A stretch of 32,000 bases of DNA from contig MWMI01000004.1 of the NCBI GenBank assembly GCA_003568775.1, positions 43,389 to 75,388 of the forward strand, in the 5' to 3' direction. Source of the stretch: Candidatus Nanoclepta minutus. Lineage in GTDB: Archaea > Nanobdellota > Nanobdellia > Nanobdellales > Nanobdellaceae. Position 1 is the stretch's first letter. Each line of letters starts with the position of its first letter. Under the pieces are notes generated by a model. That model worked only from the letters and a program-made list of their open reading frames with translations, was not told where the DNA came from and did no database searches. A program made the position numbers and the translations under genes. Shown in pieces: positions 17,911 through 25,081 of the stretch.

Positions 17911-19923
17911 ATGGAAGAGGTATTCGGTAGAAAACAAGGTACTTCAACGAACATATCTTTAATAAACCAGTTAAAAGAACTGGAGAATAAGATAAGGCTA
18001 GGTTATCCTGCAGTCGAAATTGGAGTTGCAACTTTCGGACAATGGGAAGCCATACCAAAAGTTATATGGGAAGATATAGCAAGAAAGGCAAGGATAAACA
18101 AAATAGATCTATCCCTACATGCTCCAGTGAGCGTGGAGGGTCAACTATCTACAGCACAGTTTCCAATAATAAGTGGAATAGAATTTAAAGGACAGGCTGC
18201 ATTAATAAGCGAATCTTCGAAGAAAAAAGTATCCCAAGAACTAAAGGAAATATTGGATACTGCTGCAAACTTAGGTAAAATATACGGAGAGAACATAAAA
18301 GTAACTATGCACGTTACATCTGGCTTAGGCGAAACTATATGGAGTAAAGAATATGAAGATCACCTAAAGGATTATCTAAGAAAAAATAATGAAAAATTTG
18401 AAGATTTAAAGAAAAAACTTCTAGATTTAGGAATAATAAATAAAGAAGAATATCAAAAAATTAAGGATCCGGAAGATTTACCTTCATGGGTCTATGCGGT
18501 AAGTAGCGGTATAACAATAGAAGTACCTGGAGGACATGCCTTAATAAACATAGAGGATATTAGGGATAGAAGGTATATAACTCAAAGATTGGAGAGTTTA
18601 AGAGAAAAATTGGGAACAGAAAAATTTGAGGAAACTATCGTAGATAGGATTTATAACTTGAACGAAGATTACTGGAATAAATTTTTTATTGATATAAATA
18701 GAGCCTTTTATTTAATTACGAAGGATGTTACAAACATAGAAAAGACTTTCCCTTTAAAACAAGACTATCAAGCTGGAGAATTCTTAACTTACTTAAAGAG
18801 CCTGAAGGATAAGCTAAACATACTTTCTAACTCTATAGACACTTACCTATACCACGTAAAGGAAAAAGGAAAAATAGACAATATAAAACATACTTTAGAG
18901 CTCTATAATAAGATTAACGATCTAAAGAGTAAGATAGAAAACTTTGAGAAAAATCTGTTTAATTTATATGAAAAATACAAGAGTCTAACGGATTATGACT
19001 TAAGAAAGGAGTTCAGAAACTTGTTAAATGAAAGTAAAGTTTTAGAAGAAGTTAGGGATCTCGTATCGGGAAACGGTAGAATAGTGTTTAACTTAGCTTT
19101 AGAAGAAATGAACAAGAATAAAGTACCGGTAATAAAACCCTTTCAAGAGGTAGCATTAAGTTCTGCTGTAGATGTAGTAAAGAGAGGTATAGAGGCCTTC
19201 TTAGAAGATGTTAAGAAAGATAAAGAGAAATTTGAAAGGATTGAGGAGATATTTCCAAAGCTATTGTTTGAACATATTTATCCAGAAGATATTGGATCTA
19301 GACCAGATATGCTAATAAAGTTTATAGATAAAAGTAGGAAAGCTCTAATAGAAACATTAGAAAAATATCCAGAAATTAAAGAAAAAATTATAAAGAAATA
19401 TGGAAACTTGGAAAAGTTTTCAGATGAGATAATAGGAGTAACCTTAGACATAGCTCACCTGAAGTTATTTGAAAGGTATGGATATAGTAAAGAAGATATA
19501 CTCCAGTGGGAGAGGAAACTGAAACCATACATAAAGCATATCCATGTATCGGAATCCAAGGGAGGAATGGATACCCATATTCCGCTGGGAATGGAAGGTG
19601 ATGAAATAATAAAAGCAGAGATAGAAGAACTAAAAGATCTATTGGCAAAGGAAGGTATATCCGTAATACATGAAGCAGGCGGATGGTATACTGGAAGATT
19701 CTATGAAGAATTGGGATCCGAATATTCTTACTTTATTTATAAAACCCTACCATACAATCTATACTCTATTTCCGATATATATTCTCAGAGCTTCCTACCA
19801 ACATACTATGAGAACATATACTTCTCTGGAATGCCGACCGTCTTTGACTATACAACTGGCTTTCTAGCATTACCATTAGACCTAGGTAGCAGAAGGGAAA
19901 GACAAGAACAGTCTAGTTATTAA
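17911..19923 (+). CDS. Endonuclease IV / xylose-isomerase-like TIM-barrel protein split by a ~300-aa helical insertion
   Basis: Candidate metal-ligand motifs occur in the canonical order. They are LSLHAP (H70), VTMHVTSG (H134), ITIEVPGG (E204) or LLFEH (E454), LDIAH (D513/H516), HIHVSESKG (H545), MDTH (D554/H556) and VIHEAG (E588). A K/E/L/N-rich helical region spans about aa 215-500. The C-terminal tail is rich in Tyr. Confidence 0.65.
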   Translation: MEEVFGRKQGTSTNISLINQLKELENKIRLGYPAVEIGVATFGQWEAIPKVIWEDIARKARINKIDLSLHAPVSVEGQLSTAQFPIISGIEFKGQAALISESSKKKVSQELKEILDTAANLGKIYGENIKVTMHVTSGLGETIWSKEYEDHLKDYLRKNNEKFEDLKKKLLDLGIINKEEYQKIKDPEDLPSWVYAVSSGITIEVPGGHALINIEDIRDRRYITQRLESLREKLGTEKFEETIVDRIYNLNEDYWNKFFIDINRAFYLITKDVTNIEKTFPLKQDYQAGEFLTYLKSLKDKLNILSNSIDTYLYHVKEKGKIDNIKHTLELYNKINDLKSKIENFEKNLFNLYEKYKSLTDYDLRKEFRNLLNESKVLEEVRDLVSGNGRIVFNLALEEMNKNKVPVIKPFQEVALSSAVDVVKRGIEAFLEDVKKDKEKFERIEEIFPKLLFEHIYPEDIGSRPDMLIKFIDKSRKALIETLEKYPEIKEKIIKKYGNLEKFSDEIIGVTLDIAHLKLFERYGYSKEDILQWERKLKPYIKHIHVSESKGGMDTHIPLGMEGDEIIKAEIEELKDLLAKEGISVIHEAGGWYTGRFYEELGSEYSYFIYKTLPYNLYSISDIYSQSFLPTYYENIYFSGMPTVFDYTTGFLALPLDLGSRRERQEQSSY

Positions 19924-19953
19924 GTTTAAAAATATTGCATAAATCTTTTAAAA

Positions 19954-21315
19954 ATGTCATGGATAGATAAGATTCTACAGTATTTACCTTCAGTAAAACC
20001 ACCTTATACACACCTCACTCCGAAGGAAAGACTGAAAAATACGATAATTGTAATTGCTATTTATTCTCTATTGAGTTCCATTCCCATATTTGGGATATCG
20101 CAGAAAGTTAGCCAGAGGTTTATAGAATTCATGTGGATATTTGGGTCCCATCTAGGTACCCTAGCTACAATAGGTGTAACACCTGTAATATTGGCGGGTC
20201 TATTCCTACAGCTCATGATCTTCAGTGGAGTATTGGGATTGGACATATACAGCGAAGAGGGAAGGAAGAAATACGATTCGTACTATAAATTACTTGCGAT
20301 AGTTTTTCTAATACTTCAATCCCTATCCTTTATGCTATCCGGAAACATAATACCTGACTATAATTTACCTATCCCTATTTGGGCTATATATATAATAATA
20401 TTCCTGCAGTTATTTATGGGCGGTTTACTTATAATCTTATTAGACGACTTTTCACTAAAATATGGATTGACTTCAGGTATAAACCTAATTATATTTGTAT
20501 CTATCTCTATGTCCATAGCATTAAGGATATTCAACCCTATCCCATTACCGCAATACATCACATATGGACTATATTTCCCATCCGGTCTAATTCCACAGGC
20601 TATCTTAAGTTTCATCAATGGAAACTTTAGCTTAGCTATGGGTTACACTCTAGTAGTAATATTAACTTTTGCCGTATTAGCCCTAGTTACATACCTACAG
20701 TCTATACAAATAGAGATTCCACTGATTTACATAAACATAGGTGGGAGAGTGATGAAGTATCCCATAAACCTTCTATATACATCCGTTATACCAGCCATAT
20801 TCTTATACGGAATACTGATTTGGATCAGGGGAATATTCGAGAGGAATCCAAACTCTATATTATATAGGATCTTGACTCCACCAAACCTTACCATTAACCT
20901 ATCCCAATATGGCCTTTCCTATTTGTTGGATCCAATAAATATATTACATGTAATCGTTTACCTTTCAATATTCATCTTAGGAGGTATCCTATTCTCATAT
21001 TTATGGGTAATATCCGCTGGAATGGATGCAAAGAGTATTGCAAAGCAGCTCCAATCACTTCCAATACAAACCCTGAGGTATAGGGATCCTAGGATAATAG
21101 AAAGTACCCTAGAAAAGTACATTAATCCTCTATCTTATTTCTCAGGTCTGTTAATAGGACTGATAGCAGCTATTTCCGACATATTCGGTATTGCAATTTC
21201 TGGAATCTCATTGTTACTATTAGTAGTAATTGCCGTACAGATATACAACGATATAGAAAGGAACGGAGCAATTCCATACGTACCTTTGGTAGGTAAATAT
21301 CTCTCAAAGAGATGA
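19954..21315 (+). CDS. secY: Preprotein translocase subunit SecY
   Basis: The 453-aa product is a polytopic protein with roughly 10 TM segments. It has the archaeal SecY N-terminus (LPSVKPP...ERLKNT) and conserved downstream neighbours. Confidence 0.9.
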   Translation: MSWIDKILQYLPSVKPPYTHLTPKERLKNTIIVIAIYSLLSSIPIFGISQKVSQRFIEFMWIFGSHLGTLATIGVTPVILAGLFLQLMIFSGVLGLDIYSEEGRKKYDSYYKLLAIVFLILQSLSFMLSGNIIPDYNLPIPIWAIYIIIFLQLFMGGLLIILLDDFSLKYGLTSGINLIIFVSISMSIALRIFNPIPLPQYITYGLYFPSGLIPQAILSFINGNFSLAMGYTLVVILTFAVLALVTYLQSIQIEIPLIYINIGGRVMKYPINLLYTSVIPAIFLYGILIWIRGIFERNPNSILYRILTPPNLTINLSQYGLSYLLDPINILHVIVYLSIFILGGILFSYLWVISAGMDAKSIAKQLQSLPIQTLRYRDPRIIESTLEKYINPLSYFSGLLIGLIAAISDIFGIAISGISLLLLVVIAVQIYNDIERNGAIPYVPLVGKYLSKR

Positions 21316-21869
21316 TAGAACTTTACGTACTATCCTTTTCTATCCTTATAACTATCGTCAATGAACTATTAAATAGAAAACTGAAGATAAGAGAGACCCA
21401 AAAGGTTATTCAGGAAAAAATAAGGAAAATAGAAAAGATAGATAGAAAAGAGTTACTTGAACTTTATAGGATACAAATGAGGAAGACCCAAATAAGTATG
21501 CTGATAACTTTGTCTCTTTTATTAATATATTTTTTATCCCTACAACCATTTGAAATAACTAAAATAGAGGATAACTCTACAAAGATATACATAAGGAATC
21601 CTTTACTTAGATCCTCAAAATTCTACATACAATCTGAAAACTTTAACGGAATAATAACCCCAAAGGAAGGTATAATAACCTTAAATATAACGGAAAAACC
21701 AAAAATAGATGTAGTTGTACTAACTTTTCCATTTAATATACCAATAATAAACAGGAACTGGATTGGAATTATAGGTTCCTTTATAATCTTTTCAGTAGCC
21801 ATAAACCTGCTTGTATCGATGATAAAAGCTTTAATAAGGTTTCCTAAATTAGAAATTAAGAATGGGTAA
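21312..21869 (+). CDS. DUF106 / archaeal YidC-like (EMC3/TMCO1 family) membrane protein
   Basis: The layout is a TM segment, a charged coiled coil, a second TM segment, then FPFNIPIINRNWIGIIGSFIIFS as a third TM segment. It holds the position next to secY that MJ0480-type proteins occupy in other archaea. Confidence 0.55.
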   Translation: MIELYVLSFSILITIVNELLNRKLKIRETQKVIQEKIRKIEKIDRKELLELYRIQMRKTQISMLITLSLLLIYFLSLQPFEITKIEDNSTKIYIRNPLLRSSKFYIQSENFNGIITPKEGIITLNITEKPKIDVVVLTFPFNIPIINRNWIGIIGSFIIFSVAINLLVSMIKALIRFPKLEIKNG

Positions 21870-22131
21870 AAGGATGATTAAAAGGAAAACTCCTTCAGGA
21901 AAGTTAACGGTCATCGTTAAAAAGAAAAAGGGAAAGCCTATGAAGTGCGCTATTTGTAAGAGAACATTGAACGGTATTGTAAGGGCTCATCCAAGGGATC
22001 TATCAAGGATAAATAAGTCCCAGAAGAGGGTTTCAAGGATATATGGTGGTTACTTGTGTCATAGATGCCTAGAGAGGTTACTAAAAAGGGAAGCTAGAAA
22101 GTCTCTTATGCTTAAAAACATTAGCTATTAA
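21862..22131 (+). CDS. rpl34e: 50S ribosomal protein L34e (eL34)
   Basis: It has [32 protein letters not shown] and a second Cys pair, CHRC. An alternative start exists at ATG 21874. Confidence 0.85.
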   Translation: MGKRMIKRKTPSGKLTVIVKKKKGKPMKCAICKRTLNGIVRAHPRDLSRINKSQKRVSRIYGGYLCHRCLERLLKREARKSLMLKNISY

Positions 22132-22139
22132 AAGAAAAA

Positions 22140-22514
22140 ATGGTAATAGAAATCGGAAGATTATGTGTAAAGTTAAGGGGTAGGGAAGCTGGAAGAAGAT
22201 GTGTAGTAGTAGACATACTAGATGAGAACTTCGTGATAATCGATGGAGATATAAAAAGGAGGAGAGCAAATATAAAGCATTTAGAGCCTTTACCAGTTAT
22301 ATTAAATATAAAGCAAGGGGCAAGCACTGAGGAAGTTATAAAAGCTATGTTAGAGAATAAGATACCTGTATCTTATTGGAAACTAAAAAGGGATAACCTA
22401 TTAAACCAGGAAATAATAGAGTTATATAAATCAAGCTTTGGAGAGGACTGGGAAAGAATAGCAAAAGAGCTAGGATCCCCAGGAAAAAGGGCAAAAGTAG
22501 AGATAAAGGTATAA
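22140..22514 (+). CDS. rpl14e: 50S ribosomal protein L14e (eL14) with C-terminal extension
   Basis: It has a KOW-like N-terminus, [34 protein letters not shown]...[12 protein letters not shown]. Confidence 0.85.
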   Translation: MVIEIGRLCVKLRGREAGRRCVVVDILDENFVIIDGDIKRRRANIKHLEPLPVILNIKQGASTEEVIKAMLENKIPVSYWKLKRDNLLNQEIIELYKSSFGEDWERIAKELGSPGKRAKVEIKV

Positions 22515-22530
22515 CATATTCTATAAAAAC

Positions 22531-22602
22531 TGGACCCGCCGGGATTCGAACCCGGGATCTCCGGCTAGCGAGGCCGGCGTCCTGCCACTAGACTACGGGC
22601 CC
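22531..22602 (-). tRNA. tRNA-Ala (anticodon CGC)
   Basis: The reverse complement folds as a cloverleaf. The acceptor pairs GGGCCCG with CGGGTCC and includes the alanine identity pair G3:U70. The anticodon stem pairs CCGGC with GCCGG around the loop CTCGCTA, and the T loop is TTCGAAT. Position 37 is U, which is unusual. Confidence 0.88.
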
Positions 22603-22605
22603 ATA

Positions 22606-22694
22606 GTTAAGAAAATAAATGCAAAACATTAATTTTTTATAGTTGTTAATGGATATCGTTAAGAAAATAAATAGATAAAAGCATTAATTCTTTT
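22606..22694 (+). repeat. Imperfect direct repeat of a promoter-like segment
   Basis: GTTAAGAAAATAAAT occurs exactly twice (22606-22620 and 22658-22672). Each copy is followed by a related aaaa(g)cattaatt...tttta tail. The second copy ends at ATG 22695, and the first ends at ATA. Confidence 0.6.
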
Positions 22695-23156
22695 ATGAGG
22701 GGGTTTAGTACAATAATAGCCAGTGCAATACTGTTCATTGCAGCAGCAGTTGCAGCATATATATTTGTATCTGGAGCTATGGGTAGCTTATCAAACCTTC
22801 AGGGTGCTATGATAGAAAGAGAAAAACTGATTTCTTCAAGGTTACAGTCTGTAATCGATATAGATGCTTGTTCTTATAACAACGCAACAAATATAGCATC
22901 GTTTTATGTTACTAATAGAGGTACTTATCCCCTAAACGCTTCTATGACAAAGATATTCATAAACGGTATTCTATTCAATTCTACAATAGACTTTATTCAG
23001 AAGATATATAATGATCCTGCATGGAACAGGTATGAAACTATTAGGGTTTCCGTTACTCTACCATCTGGCGTTTATCAGGTAAGGGTTGTCTCATCAGTTG
23101 GTTCGTACGATGAAAAAATAGCATATATAACCAATACTTCCTGTAGCGTTTCATGA
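22695..23156 (+). CDS. FlaF/FlaG (ArlF/ArlG)-like protein with an N-terminal TM/class III-like segment
   Basis: MRGFSTIIASAILFIAAAVAAYIFVSG resembles the MGFS... opening of archaeal FlaF. A beta-sandwich-like block follows (SFYVTNRGTYPLNASMTKIFINGILF). Confidence 0.6.
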   Translation: MRGFSTIIASAILFIAAAVAAYIFVSGAMGSLSNLQGAMIEREKLISSRLQSVIDIDACSYNNATNIASFYVTNRGTYPLNASMTKIFINGILFNSTIDFIQKIYNDPAWNRYETIRVSVTLPSGVYQVRVVSSVGSYDEKIAYITNTSCSVS

Positions 23157-23593
23157 GAGGCGATCTATCACAGATATTCGGTGCTATAACGGGCTTTATA
23201 TTAATAATTGTCGTTATTTTAATATTCTCCTACATAACTTCATATAACGTCCAGAACTTCGATAAAATTTTAGAAAAAAACTATGAATTTTATGAAAAGA
23301 GGAGTTTGGAATTAGTGGATTTTTTAAATAATTCCACAAACATATCAAACCCTCTGATAATTATAAAAAATATTGGAAAGGTTTCCTTGGATCCATCATG
23401 CTTCAGTTTATATATTGAGGGTAATAAAATCAACTTTACATATCAGATTAATGAAGTATACCATGATAACCTGCTAAACCCATCCGAAAATGCTGCCTTA
23501 TACTTTAGTTATCCGAATACAGGATGGAAAAAAGTTGTTTTAATAAGTTGTAATGGAAAAAGGTTTGAAACTTTAATATATTTCTATTCATAA
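23153..23593 (+). CDS. FlaG/FlaF-like protein with an N-terminal TM segment
   Basis: It has an MRG start, a hydrophobic helix and LIIIKNIGKVSLDPSCFSLYIEGNKINF, matching the N.G..L...I.G pattern of FlaF/G domains. Its start overlaps the upstream stop as ATGA. Confidence 0.5.
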   Translation: MRGDLSQIFGAITGFILIIVVILIFSYITSYNVQNFDKILEKNYEFYEKRSLELVDFLNNSTNISNPLIIIKNIGKVSLDPSCFSLYIEGNKINFTYQINEVYHDNLLNPSENAALYFSYPNTGWKKVVLISCNGKRFETLIYFYS

Positions 23594-24984
23594 TGAGAGG
23601 CTTTGAGGAAGTAATGTATGCAGCACTAGCTTTGATGGTTTCTGTAATAGTTACCTATATTTTTATCTCAAATACAAACTTTCCAACTTATTCCGTATCA
23701 AAACCTATTGAATCTATGAAAACATCCCTCGAACTAGTTGATTATGGAATAGTTTACCCAAACACATTAGTAATATATTTAAGACCCACTTCACCAGTAA
23801 ACATCTCAAACGTTATAATCTATATAAACAGACAAAAGGCAATAATAAAAAAGATTGGGAATACACCTGGAGATATTGTAGATCCTAACAAAGGGGATTT
23901 AATGATGGTCTCGTTGGATAACTTTCAAGGCAATAGCGTAGATATATTTGTTTCGGGATATAACCTTCAGTCTAGAAGCTTTAGCATAAACCTGGAAGGA
24001 AAGAAACCCATTACTCCTACAAATATAGCTACATACTTCTATAGAATTCCAATAACAATAAAAGAGAATTCTGGAAATAATTTAACGGATTATCAGGTTA
24101 ATGTAATAGTAAACACCCAGAACTTGATTTTACAAGGAAAAATGAGATATGATTGTGGAGATATTAGGTTTACATACGTTTATCCAAACGGAACAGAGGT
24201 TAAAATAACTTACTGGATAGAATCGGGATGTAATACTCAAAATACAAAGATTTGGGTAAAGGTTCCATCTATTTCAGCAAATGGAAATGCTACTATTTAT
24301 ATTTATTATGGGAATCCTTTTGCAACAAGTGGGAGTAATCCAAATAGCGTATTTATATACTTTGACACTTTTGATGATCTTTCAAAATGGTCAACTTATA
24401 GGGGAAGCTCATGTACCTCAATAAATATATACAACTTTAATGGTAACAATGTTGTGGGTCTTAGTGTCTCTGGGGGAACTTCAGATTCCAGAACGTGGTG
24501 TATAATATATAATCTAACTGTTTCCCTTCCCAGTTCCTTTAAAATTGACGTAGACGTTTATACAGATAATATTGTTGATACTTTACCTTACTTCAACAGC
24601 ATAACTGGTCCTTTCTATGTCTTTAGATTTGATGCAAGAGGTAGCTATTATGATCTCATTGGATATTATCCTGCGGGAGCTACCTCTACACAAGTAATTG
24701 CATCTACATCAATAGTTTCTTCAAAAAACACATGGTATCATATGCAAATTATAAGGTTCCCAAATGGTACATGGTATCTATACAAGGGAGGTGATTTATA
24801 CTCCCTAGGAACTCTCGAAGCAAGCGTTACACATACAACAACAACTTCTGGTTATTTGGGTCTTACCGGAGACGGAGCTACTGGAACAACCTACTTCGAT
24901 AATTTGATTGTCAGAAAGTATACCTCCCCAGAACCTTCTGTTAGTTTAGGAAATGAAGAAACAACTTTCTATTATCCATCCTAA
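23593..24984 (+). CDS. Pilin/FlaF-like N-terminus fused to DUF2341 and a concanavalin/LamG-like domain
   Basis: It has an MRG start and a TM helix. The DUF2341 signature is YRIPITIKENSGNNLTDYQVNV...DIRFTY...ITYWIE...KIWVKVPSISANGNATIYIYYGNP. The C-terminal beta-rich region ends in YFDNLIVRKY. Confidence 0.7.
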   Translation: MRGFEEVMYAALALMVSVIVTYIFISNTNFPTYSVSKPIESMKTSLELVDYGIVYPNTLVIYLRPTSPVNISNVIIYINRQKAIIKKIGNTPGDIVDPNKGDLMMVSLDNFQGNSVDIFVSGYNLQSRSFSINLEGKKPITPTNIATYFYRIPITIKENSGNNLTDYQVNVIVNTQNLILQGKMRYDCGDIRFTYVYPNGTEVKITYWIESGCNTQNTKIWVKVPSISANGNATIYIYYGNPFATSGSNPNSVFIYFDTFDDLSKWSTYRGSSCTSINIYNFNGNNVVGLSVSGGTSDSRTWCIIYNLTVSLPSSFKIDVDVYTDNIVDTLPYFNSITGPFYVFRFDARGSYYDLIGYYPAGATSTQVIASTSIVSSKNTWYHMQIIRFPNGTWYLYKGGDLYSLGTLEASVTHTTTTSGYLGLTGDGATGTTYFDNLIVRKYTSPEPSVSLGNEETTFYYPS

Positions 24985-25033
24985 TCAGTATGGGTAGAAT
25001 TCTTCATTGATCTGTACTCGGCAAATTCATCAT
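24985..25033 (-). ncRNA. Candidate C/D-box sRNA (downstream copy of a tandem pair)
   Basis: Read on the minus strand: (A)UGAUGA (25033-25027), 12 nt auuugccgagua, CAGA (25014-25011), loop uca, AUGAAGA (25007-25001), 12 nt auucuacccaua, CUGA (24988-24985). Confidence 0.6.
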
Positions 25034-25081
25034 CAGTGTTTTGGTCCATCATCACATATCAGATTTTTCGTCCATCTTCAT
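25033..25081 (-). ncRNA. Candidate C/D-box sRNA (upstream copy, overlapping the phosphorylase stop codon)
   Basis: Read on the minus strand: AUGAAGA (25081-25075), 12 nt uggacgaaaaau, CUGA (25062-25059), loop uau, GUGAUGA (25055-25049), 12 nt uggaccaaaaca, CUGA (25036-25033). Confidence 0.6.

Noticed and set aside
22531-22602. The possibility that tRNA-Ala is a pseudo-tRNA because position 37 is U.
   Set aside because: All stems pair canonically, U33 and the T-loop TTCGAAT are intact, and the alanine identity pair G3:U70 is present. I treat it as functional.
25011-25055. An alternative parse of the intergenic boxes as a single sRNA: GUGAUGA-12-CUGA directly fused to UGAUGA-12-CAGA.
   Set aside because: This parse requires a 0-nt D'-C' loop and a degenerate terminal D box, and it leaves the two flanking AUGAAGA-12-CUGA units unexplained. 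The two-sRNA parse with 3-nt loops uses every box and matches the geometry at 2568-2616.
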